Origin: Octopus sinensis | Lineage: Eukaryota | Direction: 5' to 3' | DNA: 64,000 bases | Assembly (NCBI RefSeq): GCF_006345805.1 | Contig: NC_043011.1 | Location: 40,374,464 to 40,438,463 of the forward strand | Shown here: piece after piece, positions 49,717 through 64,000 of the stretch | Layout: every line of letters starts with the position of its first letter | How positions within the stretch are numbered: the stretch's first letter is position 1 | Notes under the pieces: model-generated | The model's database searches: none | What the model was told of the DNA's origin: nothing | What the model saw: the letters and a program-made list of their open reading frames with translations, nothing else | Made by a program: the position numbers and the translations under genes

Positions 49717-50239
49717 CCACACACAGGTGCCCGCTGACACACACACACACATACATACACACACACACACACGTTTACATTCTTCCATCTAGCTTTTCTC
49801 TTTGGTCTTGTCGTTTAATTAGCGTTTTCTTTCTATCTATCTTCCTCTCTTACAATTTTCTTTTCTTTCTTCCTTCCTTCCTTTCCGTTTATCTATCCAT
49901 CTTTCTTTTTTTTCTTTCGTTTCTTCGTTTCTTTTTCTCTTATCTCTCTCTCTCTCTCTCTCTCTATTTGTTTTTCTCATTTCTCTTTGTTTCTTTGCTT
50001 TCCCCCTTTTGTTTGTTTGTTTGTTTGTTTGTTTGTTGGTTTAGTGGTTTAGTGGTGTTTCTTTCTTTTATTCTTCCTTCATCCCCCCCTCTCTCTCTCC
50101 CCACAACTCCCCCCCGTCTCTCTCTCTCTCTCGCTTCCGTTGATTCACGTTTTTATTCTCATCATTATCGAGGCTCTGGTCTATTAACGTAGTATTACTG
50201 GCGTTACAGTGCTGTAACGGTCATTACTGTTCTTGTTGT

Positions 50240-50906
50240 TCGATGGTGATGATGATGATGATGATGGTGGTGGTAGTGATGATGATGATGATGATGATGA
50301 TAATGATGATGGTGGTAGTGATGATGATGATGATGTTGGTGGTAGTGATGATGATGATGATGATGATGATAATGATGATGGTGGTAGTGATGATGATGAT
50401 GATGATGGTGGTAGTGATGATGATGATGGCGGCATTATTGCTGATGTTGCTGTTGTTGTTGTTGTTGCTATTGCCCCGCCCATCCACCCACATAACACCA
50501 GGGTATGACTTGATTAATCTCGTCTTGACTGTTGAATCATTCCAGCTTTAACTGATCATAATTGTGTAACGACAGCAACGATGTCATGACCGTCGCCATC
50601 GTCGTCGTTGCCCTCCTTTTCATCATCGTCTTCACTCTCCTCTCCTCTTCCTCTTCCTCCTCTCCTCTTCCTCTTCCTCCTCTTCCTCTTCTTCCTCCTC
50701 TTCCTCCTCTTCCTCCTCTTCCTCCTCCTCCTCCTCTTCCTCTTCCTCTTCTTCCTCCTCCTCCTCTTCCTCCTCTTCCTCCTCTTCCCTCTTCCTCCTC
50801 TTCCTCCTCCTCTTCTCCTCTCCTCCTCTTCCTCCTCTTCCTCCTCCTCCTCCTCCTCCTCCTCTTCCTCCTCTTCCCCTCCCCTCCCCTCCTCCCCTTC
50901 CTCCTT

Positions 50907-50958
<52 letters not shown>

Positions 50959-50965
50959 CTATCAC
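50240..50965. repeat. Compound (GAT)n / (CCT-CTT)n / (CAT)n microsatellite block
   Basis: Read directly from sequence; includes a ~265-bp pure-pyrimidine tract at 50635-50905. Confidence 0.95.
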
Positions 50966-51164
50966 CAACATTATTATTACTTATTTCTTTATTGCCCACA
51001 AGGGGCTAAACATAGAGTGGACAAAACAAAGGGATTAAGTCGATTACATTGACCCCCAGTGCGTAACTGGTACTTAATTAATCGACCCCGAAAGGATGAA
51101 AGGCAAAGTCGCGGCATACGAAATACCGCTCAGCATTTCGCCCGGCGTGCTAACCTTATTATTG

Positions 51165-51196
<32 letters not shown>

Positions 51197-51288
51197 TTCG
51201 ACGTTGTTATCATCATCGTCACCACCACCGCCACCAGACATTCATACATACATTCATACATACATACATGCATACATACATACATACA

Positions 51289-51320
<32 letters not shown>

Positions 51321-51382
51321 CATGACAGAAAAAACAAACAAACAAACAAAGAAACAAAGAACAAAAAGGAGAGTAGAACTGA

Positions 51383-51417
<35 letters not shown>

Positions 51418-51568
51418 AGAAGAGCTGAAAGAAGAGAAAGGAGAAATGCGTAGGAGGACAAGGAGGACAAGGTCATTATGAGCAGAATCGCAGCTATCTT
51501 TTGATTTTTATCCTTTCAAGCGTTGAAGAAATTAAGTTCCAGTCTTTGATAGAGTATTGGATAAAATG

Positions 51569-51946
51569 TGGAGGCGCAATGGCCCAGTGGTTAGGGCAGC
51601 GGACTCGCGGTCATAGGATCGTGGTTTCGATTCCCAGACCGGGCGTTGTGAGTGTTTATTGAGCGAAAACACCTAAAAGCTTCACGAGGCTCCGGCAGGG
51701 GATGGTGCTGATCCCTGCTGTACTCTTTCACCACAACTTTCTCTTACTTCCTGTTTCTGTTGTACCTGTATTTCAAAGGGCCGGCCTTGTCACTCCCTGT
51801 GTCACGCTGAATATCCCCGAGAACTACGTTAAGGGTACACGTGTCTGTGGAGTGCTCAGTCACTTACACGTTAATTTCACGAGCAGGCTGTTCCGTTGAT
51901 TCGGATCAACCGGAACCCTCGTCGTCGTAACCGACGGAGTGCTTCC
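51569..51946 (+). mobile_element. tRNA-Arg-derived SINE family C (octopus OR-like), young copy
   Basis: A box tggcccagtgg, anticodon-like gac-TCG-cggtc, B box ggtttcgattccc; 13-bp TSD attggataaaatg. Confidence 0.95.
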
Positions 51947-52719
51947 ATTGGATAAAATGCCGGGCACTATTTATTCCGAGGCGTTGCGTTCTACGTTCAA
52001 ATTCTACTGAAGCCACTTTTTGATTTTCCACCTTCGATTCTCCGGAGTTGATGAAATTAAGTTCTACTCTAGAATGATAGCATTGTGAAAGTGTTGAATA
52101 AAATGCCTTGTAGTATTTGTAACGGATCTTTACGTCCTGAGTTCAAATCCTGCAGATGTCACCTTTGATTGAAATTAAGTATCAGTCTCCAATGGCAATA
52201 TTGTAAGAGTGTTGAGTAAAATGCCGTGTGTTATTGGTTCCGGACCTTAATCTTCTGAGGAATTTTTTTTTATCAGCGACACCGGTGCTAAATTGCATCG
52301 TGCGTTAGTAAAGGTAAAAGATAAAGACTCCTAAGGGCCAGTTTCCCGGTTTCCATGGCGATTATATATTCCCTACTTGGACATGACGCCGGTCCGGTAC
52401 AAGATTACTCATTTTTGCCAGCTGAGTGGACTGGAGCAACGTGAAATGAAGTGTTTTGCTCAAGAACACAACGCATCGCCCGATCCAGGAATCGAAACCA
52501 CAACCTTATGATCATGAGTCCAACACATTAACCACTATGCCACGCGCGTTCACACATCGTGCGTTGCCCTTTTCTTGGACAGCAACGCTGAGATGGAGAT
52601 GTGAAGTATGCTACGTGAAAAGTTGCTGGTCCTCTATAATAATTATTACCCGATTTTGTACCCTGGATAGCAATACTCAGGTGCATATGAACGATTAAAT
52701 CAGACCGATGATGGACATG

Positions 52720-54055
52720 GTAATTTGAGGGGAATTTGACTCCTATGTCAAGCAGGTCGTGCTTCCCCACTCCGCAACAGGTTCCTTGGTATGCTGAAAA
52801 TGGTTTCTGTTATATCACTTATTCCAGTTGAGTTGTATGTATTAGATTGTTTTTCAGGTGTTCATGCTAAGGACGAAGACCGCAAAGGAATTCGAGGGAG
52901 ATTTGCCTACAATATCTATCAGGTCAAAACATCCTCATTGAGATTTTCTCTTTGACTGCATGGTGTTGATATATTGTTTTCTGAGATCGTCTCTTATCTA
53001 AATCAGTCTGCTGAGTTGTGTGTGTTTGGTCGTTTCTTGGGTGCGTATACATAGCTAAAACAATTGACGAATACCGTAAAGGAATTTGAGGGAGATTTGA
53101 CTCTTATATCTAACAGATCAAGCTACCTCTCCCCCACCATTGACTGCATGCTGTTGATAAGATGTTTTGTGATTGACTCTTGTTTACATCACGTTTTGTA
53201 TTCGAATTCCGAATATTTGATGGTACTTTCAAGTGTACATGCATTATATTGGGTTGTCCGGAAAGTTCGTGCCGATTTTTAAAGGAAAGAAAAAGCTCAA
53301 TAAATACTTGCTATTACATTTTTCATCAACCAAATATGAGCCGTTTTGTTGCACAATGCGCCTCCATCTTTCCTTTAACTTGAAAATACCCTCTTCCCAG
53401 AATTGAGGTGGTTTCATGGCAAAGAATTCATCAAGGTATCTTTTTACGTCATCCAAGGAATTAAAACCTTTTCTATTAAGACTATTCTGCAGAGACCTGA
53501 ATAAGTGGAAATACGAAGGAGCAATATCTGGTGAATATGGAGGGTGGAGTAACACATCCCAGCCGAGCTGCAGCAGTTTTTGTCTGGTTCCCAAAGCATC
53601 AAGTGCCGAAAATGAACTTTCTTATCTTCTATTTTAAAAGGTTACAGAATTAACACAGGTTATAGGAACATACGTCTTCTTCCACGAAAAAATATCTTAA
53701 ACTGTACTCTAAATGGAGGTGAAGTCAAATCTTATTTTATGGACTCAACCATGTTCTAAAATAAGTCGAAAGGTAAGCTACTATAAATCGGGACGAACTT
53801 TCCGGACAACCCAATATAATAGATCGACGAAAGCCGTGAAAGAATTTTCCGGGCGCTTTGACTCCTATTACTACCAGGTCAAGCTACTCCTCGCTGGTTG
53901 CATGGGGTTGGTATGTTTTTGAGATTGGCTTTTCTATATATCAATGTGGCTGTGTGGTAAGACTCTTGCTTCCCAACCACATGGTTCCAGGTTCAGTCCC
54001 CACTGCGTGCATCTTGGGCAAGTATTTTTTACCCTAGCCCTGGGTTGACCTATAG

Positions 54056-54124
<69 letters not shown>

Positions 54125-54176
54125 CATATATATATATATAATAGTATATATATATACATAAATACATATATATATA

Positions 54177-54213
<37 letters not shown>

Positions 54214-54505
54214 ATCCCTCACCATATCGTGGTTTTGTGTGTGTGCGAGTGCGTGTTTGTCCCCCATCACGGGTGGTTCGATTTGTTCGACTAAATTCTT
54301 TAAGGCGGTGCCCCAGCCTGGCCGCAGTTCAATGACTGAAACAAATAAAAGACAAAGGATTTCTACATGGTTAAACCAACCGACGAAGCCGTATAAAAAA
54401 GAAGGTCACTTTGACTGCTATAACTAGCAGATCAAGGTACCTCTGTTGAGGCTTCCTGATTGGTTGGATGGTGTTGGTATGTTGTTTTTGAGACTGGCTC
54501 TTCTT
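52720..54505 (+). repeat. Old degenerate tandem repeat (~170-190 bp, about 5 copies) interrupted by a mariner and a SINE
   Basis: Motif aagga.tt.gaggga.atttgactc.ta...cag.tcaag...ttg..tgcatg.tgttg.ta...tttt.gagat near 52727, 52886, 53078, 53838 and 54395. Confidence 0.65.
53249..53814 (-). mobile_element. Internally deleted mariner element, second copy
   Basis: TA-flanked TIRs ttgggttgtccggaaagttcgt; same 566-bp length and deletion junction as 12229-12794. Confidence 0.96.
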
Positions 54506-55355
54506 TATATCACGTTCTTTTCGTTGTGTATGTTGGGTGTGTGAAGGCGCGTGGCACAGTGGTTAGGGTATTGCACTCACGATGACTAGATCATGGTTTC
54601 AATTCCCGGACCGGGTTGTGTCATTGATCAAGGCACTTCATTTCCCATTGCTCCAGTTCACTCAGCTGTAAATGAGCAGCCCGGTGACGGAGTAACTTTT
54701 GATCAGGGGAAATATAGGCCTGCTCGCCTAGCCAGCGTGGTGGCATCAGTTGAAAGCTAAAAGTATGCAAAGCGCGTAGTGACCAGCGATGTATAACAAC
54801 CTCCTATAGTCAGGTCGATCACGCGATCACGTGATATTGGGTTGTATTTTTTTCATGATGTCTTGCGTAGTATATCCTATTTTCTTTTATGGGAAGGGTC
54901 TACAATTATTTTGTCGAATGTGTGTACTGCAATCTCCGTACTGTTAATTGTAGTCTCGCTTAATTCCTTAGGCATTAATTCTGTTTAGTGATGGAAACAT
55001 TTTCGCTTTATTAATCGATGCGTGTGTGATACGATGAGTAAAAACTGGCCGTTAAAGAGCTGGACGATTGACATGATGTACTGGCTAGTTATACAGTGCA
55101 AGGTCTGAATCTCATGAAGGAGGAATCAGTCATCTCGATGAGGCAATATGTGGGCGTATAAGTGTGGCTTGTTTACGATATGATCGTAATTTAAATGTGA
55201 ATGTTGTCGCGTCACCTCTTGTGTTATTTGCATTGTTTATGAACCGGGACGTTTGATGTTCAGGAACGCTTTAAAGTAACGTAGATGGAATAGGTAACTG
55301 GGTGGCACAGTTGGGAAGGCTGGTGAGTATATGTATATGCTTGTTATAGCGATAG

Positions 55356-55725
55356 TGGAGGCACAATGGCCCAGTGGTTAGGGCAGCGGACTCGCGGTCA
55401 TAGGATCGCGGTTTCGATTCCCAGACCGGGTGTTGTGAGTGTTTATTGAGCAAAAACACCTAAAAGCTCCACGAGGCTCCGGCAGGGGATGGTGGTGATC
55501 CCTGCTGTACTCTTTCACCACAACTTTCTCTCACTCTTACTTCCTGTTTCTGTTGTACTTGTATTTCAAGGGGACGGCCTTGTCACTCTCTGTGCCACGC
55601 TGAATATCCCCGAGAGCTACGTTAGGGGTGCACGTGTCTGTGGAGTGCTCAGCCACTTACACGTTAATTTCCGTTGATTCGGATCAACCGGAACCCTCGT
55701 CGTCGTAACCGACGGAGTGCTTCCA
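55356..55725 (+). mobile_element. SINE family C
   Basis: Same as 51569; 12-bp TSD tgttatagcgat. Confidence 0.93.
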
Positions 55726-56441
55726 TGTGTTATAGCGATGCTTTTCGTGTTGCTGATATATAATTTTTTATGCTTGCATTCATAGCCTGAGTCGAATTAT
55801 ATCTGAATATTTGAGCATCGGCATTCGTACCCACGTAATGGATTCAAGGGTCTGGTTATGTTACGAAATATCTATCATGGTTTAGTCTGTATTGTCTTAC
55901 TGGGATACTAATTTGTAATTTGTAATTTGAAGTGTTCTGTAGTGGGGCTATAGGATTGTCTTCCGTATGATTGCAATACGAATGACCTGTGTGGTTGATG
56001 AAATATATTTAGTTTCATAAAAGTGATAAGCCGAGCAGCTCACGCGCAAGCGAACGAGTGAGCACGAGAGAGAAGAGAAAAAGAGAGAGAGAGAGAGAGA
56101 GAGGCAGACAAACAGAAGGTGAGAAAGAGAGAGGCGGAGGGGGGATTGAGAGCGAAATATACTGAGATAGACAGGCAGAAAATAAAATAGTGTTGAAGGG
56201 CCTCGAGGTACCGATAAGATTGGATAGGAATCTGATAATTGTGTGGAAGAAGTCGATAAATATGCCTGAAATAGTTCCTAATTGAACATTTAATCAATCT
56301 GGTTAAACAGCAAGAGAACAAATATAACTAGAGACATGGTCGTTTTACAGTTCCTTTCGCTCGTTACATTTGCAGATTAAACGTTATACAATTTTGATTA
56401 GTTTGCTTTGAACATGCGTTGGTGTGTGAATATGTAGTGCG

Positions 56442-56479
<38 letters not shown>

Positions 56480-56901
56480 GTGTCTGTGTGTGTAGGTAGT
56501 ACACCAACGTCATCAATGTCTGTGTGAGTTTGTGTGCGCGCGCACACGTTTATATTGTGCATGTATGTACTTAATTATATACAAGATTTGTTGCATTGTA
56601 TGTATGTACGTATGTATGCACCATGTTATATTTATGTACATACGTATAGATACACACACACACATGTATAAGAAAAATGTCCAGTTCCTTGGGTTTGTGT
56701 CTATGTTTTCGTTTCTCATTGTGTTCGACGTCTTTTTGGTGTCCTGTACACATATATGCGTGTATATATACATGTAGAGGTTGGTACGTACATATATGTA
56801 TATATATATGCATATGTTTTATTTATTAATATATATATTATATATATCATACATATATATATATATATACACATATTCACACACATACAACATATATACA
56901 T

Positions 56902-57059
56902 AGGCATGGCTGTGTGGTAAGAAGCTTGCCCCACCACCACACGGTTCTGGGTTCAGTCGCACTGCGTGGCACCATGGGCAAGTGTCTTCTACTATAGCTT
57001 AAGGCCGACTAATAACTTGTGAGTGGATTTGGTAGACGGAAACTGAAAGAAGTCCGTCG

Positions 57060-57091
<32 letters not shown>

Positions 57092-57093
57092 TA

Positions 57094-57130
<37 letters not shown>

Positions 57131-57358
57131 ATGTATATATGTGTGTGTGTGTGTGCGTTTAGGTCTGGTGTCTTTGCTCTGTGTGTCCCCCACTCACCTT
57201 CGCTCGTCAACCCGTAACTTAGCTGTCCGACAAAATAGACCGATAGCATAACTACCGGGCTTACAAAGAATAAGTCCTGGGTTCGACTTCTTAGACTAAA
57301 AGGCGGTGCTCCAGCATGGCCGCAGTCAAGTGACTGAAACAAGTAAAAGAATAAAAGA
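56902..57358 (+). mobile_element. SINE family A
   Basis: Head, internal (TA)n/(TG)n and tail all present. Confidence 0.85.
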
Positions 57359-57506
57359 ATACATACACACACACACATATATGCATTTGTATGTATATAT
57401 ACACGCATGTTTGCAAGTTCTCGCTCCATCTTGCGAATTTCTCACAATTAGACAAGCTTCTAACCCCAGGAAAAGGCTCAGGGGGAGTTAGACATCAACA
57501 ACAAGC

Positions 57507-57710
57507 TATGTATGTATGCAGGTATGTATGTACGTATGTATGTATGTATGTATGTATGTATGTATGTATGTCTGTATGTATGTATGCATGTATGTACGTA
57601 TGTATGTATGTATGTACGTATGTATGTATGTATGTATGTATGTATGTATGTATGTATGTATGTATGTATGTATGTATGTACGTATGTATGTATGTATGCA
57701 TGCATGTATG

Positions 57711-57744
<34 letters not shown>

Positions 57745-58290
57745 TGTATGTATGTATGGATGGATGTATGTATGTATGTATGGATGTATGTATGATGGAT
57801 GGATGTATTATGTATGTATGTATGTTATTGTATTTATGTATGTATGTATGTATGTATGTATGTACGTATGTATGTATGTACGGATGTATGTATGTATGTA
57901 TGTATGTATGTAGTATGTATGTATGTATGGATGTAAGTAGTATGTATGGATGATGATGAGTGATGTATAGATGTATGTATGTATGTATTTATACGTATGT
58001 ATGTAGTACGATGTATGTATGTATGTATGTATGTATGTATGTATGTATGTATGTATGATGTATGTATGTACGTATGTATGTATGTACGTATGTATGTATG
58101 TATGTATGTATGTATGGATGTATGTATGTATGTATGTATGTATGTATGTATGTATGTATGGATGTATGGATGGATGGATATATATATGTATGCATGTATG
58201 TATGTATGTATGTGTATGTATGTATGTATGTACATATGTATGTATGTACGTACATATGTGTTCATGTATGAATGTACGTATGTATGTGTG
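57507..58290. repeat. Long (TATG)n microsatellite; similar tracts at 14125-14275, 46955-47650 and 59290-59770
   Basis: Read directly from sequence. Confidence 0.97.
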
Positions 58291-58391
58291 TGTTGTGTGC
58301 ATGTTGTGTGTGTGCGTGTGTGCAAGTGTGTGTGCTCGCGCAAGTGCGTGTGTACGTTTGTATACATAAATGCATGTATAAATAATTAAGT

Positions 58392-58763
58392 GGAAGCACT
58401 CCGTCGGTTACGACGACGAGGGTTCCGGTTGATCCGAATCAACGGAACAGCCTGCTGGTGAAATTAACGTGTAAGTGGCTGAGCACTCCACAGACACGTG
58501 TACCCTTAACGTAGTTCTCGGGGATATTCAGCGTGACACAGAGAGTGACAAGGCCGGCCCTTTGAAGTACAGGTACAACAGAAACAGGAAGTAAGAGTGA
58601 GAGAAAGTTGTGGGAAAGAGTACAGCAGAGATCAACCACCATTCCCTGCCGGAGCCTCGTGGAGCTTTTAGGTGTTTTCGCTCAATAAACACTCACAACG
58701 CCCGGTCTGGGAATCGAAACCGCGATCCTATGACCGCGAGTTCGCTGCCCTAACCACTGGGCC
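58392..58763 (-). mobile_element. SINE family C
   Basis: Reverse complement of the 51569 copy; 10-bp TSD ataattaagt. Confidence 0.94.
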
Positions 58764-59731
58764 ATAATTAAGTACACACACATGCAAGCATGAAACCGAC
58801 GATACAACTGCATCTGTATATCCGAATGTTTCAAGTTACGTACATATACGCATGCGAATACATTTCCTTGTCAACACCTCTACCTGTGCACTTATCCCTT
58901 TCGTAACGTCTCATATATTTTCACAGGGACTTTAATGTCCTATCGCAATAATTTTCTAAATACGTAAGCATATTCTTTCAGGTTTTATGCAACCCATCTT
59001 CACAGCATCAGGGCTTAAGTTGTTGGATACGTACACGTAATTACAGGTATGTAATAATTATACTTATTTATAGGTATATATTTATACCTGTCTATGGGTT
59101 TAGATTTGAAACTAGAGTCTTTGTGGGTCATTACCAGATTTCTCTCATTAGTTCGGCCGTTGATGTTTTTATTTTGCACTAATCTTTAAGTATTAAGTTA
59201 ACGATTGATTTCCATTCGTACTGTGTTCTTTCTTCCGATCTAGGTTGTCGTTTCCTTTGATATGCTTTTGTGTACGCACGTATATTTATACATACATAAT
59301 ACATACATACATACATACATACATACATACATACATACATACATACATACATACATCCATCCATCCACCCATCCATCCATACATACATACATACATGCAA
59401 ACATACATACATACGTACGTACATACATACATACATACATAGATGCATACATACATGCAAACATTCATACATACATACATGCATACACAAATGCGTACAT
59501 ACATACATACAAACATTCATACATTCATGCATACATACATTCAAACATTGACACATTCATACATAAACACCTATATGCATAATAGTCATACATACATTAA
59601 TACATACATACATAGATTCATACATGCATGCATACACACGTATATTTTCAAACATACATACATATACATACATACACATACATCCATGCACATAATTCAT
59701 ACATTCATACATTCATACATACATACATACA

Positions 59732-59765
<34 letters not shown>

Positions 59766-60594
59766 CATATAGACAGACAGACAAACACACACACATCAAA
59801 TAATTAATAGTAACAAAAGCTGTATGAATAACAAAAACTCTAATATTTATCGCTCACTCAAAGTGGATGTTGTATTAGAGCACTGAATACTTCGTTATTT
59901 ACTATAAGAGACCATCTCATATAGTTTGTGGTGCATAAAGGCACTTCTGTTCATATCGTCAACGGGCGATAACCGTCTGCTGCGGTTGCTGGAACCACCA
60001 AATCACGTGATTTCGCCCTCTCTTGTGCTTGTCATAAAACCATTACATGCAAACCGCCAGCTAATCGGTTAAAATAAAGGCGGGATCAACGCCAATAATA
60101 TTGGTGCACCCGGCAAACCGTGACGTTTAAAATGCATGCTGATTGGTGAAAACCGTATTCGAAAAATTCAGCTTGTCGATCCCTTCTAAAAGGTATAAAA
60201 AGAAAGAATTCTGTCATTTTACTACAGTACTCAAGAACTCAACTGTCAGTTAAATACATCTTGATATCTGATGATCACTACGAACGTATGAAAGCGCTAA
60301 TTGAACTTAATGAACACAATAAGATATTTTTTAATGTTTAACACACTTCAACGTTGTAAACATTAAAAAAAAGAATACAATAAAAAGCGTGAAAACCAGA
60401 CCACTTATATATTATATATATATATATAATTAATATATATAACCAGACCATATATATATATATATATATATATATACAACACATACATGCATAATTGAAT
60501 AAGTTGATAGATAATGGAAGATAGAGGAGTATGGAGGCAGTGTGGAAATTACAATTCTTCGAGCGAGTATGGAGGGCCCTGACATTTGATGGTG

Positions 60595-60627
<33 letters not shown>

Positions 60628-60854
60628 ATACATATATACATATATATATATGTGTCAATATGTGTTTGTGTGTGTATGTGTGTTTATACGTGGGTGTATG
60701 TGTGTGGGTATGTGCAAGAGAAGGTTATTAGAACTTGGATAAATGTTATTTATTGAACGCTTATGGACACACGCACATGCCCCCCCACCACGTTTATAAA
60801 TTGAGAGAGATTATACACTTTACACACTTGTACATTGTAAATTTAAGTATACAC

Positions 60855-60898
<44 letters not shown>

Positions 60899-60906
60899 TT
60901 ATATGC

Positions 60907-60945
<39 letters not shown>

Positions 60946-61056
60946 TATGTATAATATATATATCTATATATAAATACCTACACACAAATTTTATATATAT
61001 ATTATATATATTAATATGTATTATACTTATATAAATAATCTTACACACACACACAT

Positions 61057-61088
<32 letters not shown>

Positions 61089-61131
61089 TTGTGTGTATGT
61101 ATTTATATAAGTATATATATATATATATACA

Positions 61132-61167
<36 letters not shown>

Positions 61168-61932
61168 AAATAATTATATAAATACATACTTACACACACA
61201 CACACACACACATATATATAATTATATATATATATATATTTATATATTATATATATATATACTTATGCACACACAAAATTAAAAGATTTTACAATTCCTA
61301 TGAGGTACTTTATACTGTAATTACTTGAAACAATAGCTTTGAAAACAGAGTTAGAATCTGTTTAATATCTGTCATTAGAAGACAACAATAAAAGGGTTTT
61401 GTTGTTGACGATTGGGCGTTTCAGTCAAGTGTTTTATTTGTTCTCAAGTGAGCAAAACGAAGATACCAGGAAGTACTAAGTACATATTTCGCGATAGTAA
61501 TAAAGAAGAAAGAAAAAGAGAGAGAGAAGAGGAGAGGAGGCGGAGGAGGAGGAGGAGGAAGGAGAAGAGGAGGGGAAGAAAAGAGGAGGATAGGAGGAGA
61601 AGAGGAAAACATACATCTGGCACACAAAAATATAACAAAGCAAAATTAAAAAAAAAAACAATACGATGATATCCGTTTTAGCTAATGTTTAAATTAAGTT
61701 ACATTTATATGTGTACACACACATACACACACACAAACTCACACACACACACACACACACACGCACACACACACACACACACACAGACACACATATATTA
61801 TACATATATCACTACGCATACACTACATGCATATATATTTACATATGCATTATGAGTGCGTCTGTGTGAGCACTTTATACATATATAATATATATAATAT
61901 ATATCATAAGATATATATATATAATATAAAGT

Positions 61933-62265
61933 AAAGACCCCCTTCGGTCATGAGTGACCATGGGTTTGCACCTAGAGAGTTACCCTCTGAGGCACAAGTC
62001 TGGGCAAGGTTGTTTTATGGAAGACCAGTAGTCGCCCATGCAATACCGGCCTCCCCTCTCCACGCCACCAGTGTTATCCAAGGGAAAGACAAAGCCGATA
62101 CAGCTTGTCACTTGTGACGTCGCAACTCATTTCTACAGCTGAGTGAACTGGAGCAACGTGAAATAAAGTGTCTTGCTCAAGAACACAACACGCAGCCCGG
62201 TCCGGGATTCGAGCTCAAACCTCACGATCGTAAGCTCGACGCTCTAACCATGAGCCATGCGCCTC
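61933..62265 (-). mobile_element. SINE family D, full length, inserted in (TA)n
   Basis: tRNA-like head gaggcgcatggctca..tggttagagcg...gagctcgaatcccggaccggg and tail catgaccgaagggggtcttt. Confidence 0.88.
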
Positions 62266-62282
62266 AATATATATATATGTAT

Positions 62283-62423
<141 letters not shown>

Positions 62424-62426
62424 TAT

Positions 62427-62465
<39 letters not shown>

Positions 62466-62858
62466 CATATATATATATATTTCTATATATATGTATATAT
62501 ATGTATATATATATGTGATATGTATATATATATTATATATATATATATAGATATACATAATGCATACATACAACACATACACACAAATATATATATACAC
62601 TCACACATACGTAGGTCCATTATTGTTAGCTTTTACTCTTCATTATTCCTTTCAAAATCGTGAATTCGAATTGATTCTGTCTTAATTACCAAAGAACGTG
62701 ATACGCATGGTGGTGCAACATTAATTGAACTGTAGCAGCGGGCTGTGGGACTGCATTGTTGCTTCTGAGCCAACGACGAAACCTCAACGCAGCCACTCTA
62801 CCTGCTAGAAGTAGCAGCCGATGCTCCTCTCTTAAAAGGCACCCTACTATGTTGCTTT

Positions 62859-63088
62859 GGCGGCGAGCTGGCAGAATCGTTAGCACGCCGGGCGAAATGC
62901 GTAGCAGTAGTTCGTCTGCCGCTACGTTCTGAGTTCAAATTCCTCCCAGGTCGATTTTGCCTTTCATCCTTTCGAGATCGATACATTAAGTACCAGTTAC
63001 GCACTGGGATCGATATAATCGACTTAATCCGTTTGTCTGACCTTGTTTGTCCTCTCTGTGTTTAGCCCCTTGTGGGTAGTAAAGAAAT
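62859..63088 (+). mobile_element. SINE family B
   Basis: Same as 33626-33855. Confidence 0.9.
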
Positions 63089-64000
63089 ATATTATAATTC
63101 CTTGTACATTTGGTTGGCAATGTAGAAATAGTAAATCCATTCTGAGACCCCCTTCGGTCACGACACAGAGCATGGAATAGCACCTAGAAAGTTTCCCAGG
63201 CACAAGTCTGGGCAAGGTTGTTTATAGAAAACCAGCAGTCGCCCATGCATACTGGCCTCCTCTCTCCACGCCACCAATGTTTTCCAAGGGAAAGGCAAAA
63301 GCCGATACAGCTTGGCACCAGTGACGTCGCAACTCATTTCTACAGCTGAGTGAACTGGAGCAACGTGAAATAAAGTGTCTTGCTCAAGAATACAACACAC
63401 AGCCCGGTCCGGGATTAGTAAATCCATTAAAGAAGTGTTAAATCAGCCCAAATATTTCAATGGTTCTTAAGGCGGCGAGCTGGTAGAATCGTCAGTACGC
63501 CGGATGAAGGGCTTAACGGTATTTCATTTGTCTGCACGTTTTGAATTCAAATTCCGCCCAGGTTGACTTTAATCTTTCAGCATTTCGGGATCGATAAAAT
63601 AAGTACCAGTTGAGCACTGGGGTCAGTGTAATCGACTCACCCCATTCCCAGAATTTGCTGGACTTGTGCCAAAATTTGAAACCGATATTTGAGTGGTTCT
63701 TTATTTTATCGACGCATGAAGAAAATGAAAAGTAGAGTTAATCTCGGATGGATTTGGACTAAAAGTGTATGGAAGTGGACCAAATATATCGCAAAACATA
63801 TTGTTCTTGTGCTGTAACGATTCTGCCAACCACGACAACCAATGTCGCAGTAAGCTAACGAAGACGTCTTTTTGTGGTCGTTTGCCTTGCTAGAAATAAT
63901 AGGCAAATCTTCTCTTTCGAATCATACCATATCGTTTTATAAGGCAGATAGCGTATAAGGAAAAAAGGACAAAACACACACACAAAAAAAAAAAAATTTA

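Noticed and set aside
50184-51038. Poly-D/E/R/S/P ORFs
   Set aside because: Trinucleotide microsatellites that are open in all frames.
51569-51645. tRNA-Arg(TCG) gene
   Set aside because: It continues into a SINE body with TSDs and lacks a proper acceptor stem and T-run terminator.

Overview
AT-rich, repeat-dense eukaryotic genomic DNA. The tRNA-Arg SINEs of the octopus OR type and the very large (TA)n/(CATA)n/(TTA)n tracts suggest a cephalopod, probably Octopus (inference). Almost all long ORFs in the supplied track are microsatellite or repeat artefacts. Supportable content: (1) the 3' part of a spliced minus-strand gene with three phase-compatible exons (13325-13212, 4928-4865, 2770-2726), whose last exon is duplicated by a ~1.26-kb near-identical tandem duplication; (2) at least four SINE families, plus mariner, Tc1-like, hAT-like, Merlin/MULE-like and Helentron-like non-autonomous DNA elements and fragments of R4/Dong, CR1, RTE, Jockey/CR1-type LINEs and Penelope-like (PLE) elements; (3) several type-I hammerhead-ribozyme-like motifs, some inside long foldback palindromes; (4) the most unusual feature, a 5.4-kb composite array (39976-45352). 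In it eight co-oriented copies of a conserved, hairpin-forming ~160-200 bp core (two subtypes) are separated by variable-length spacers of phased palindromic GAAAATTTTC units, and the block is bounded by a TGTTT direct repeat. All calls were made by eye; no database searches or folding programs were run.
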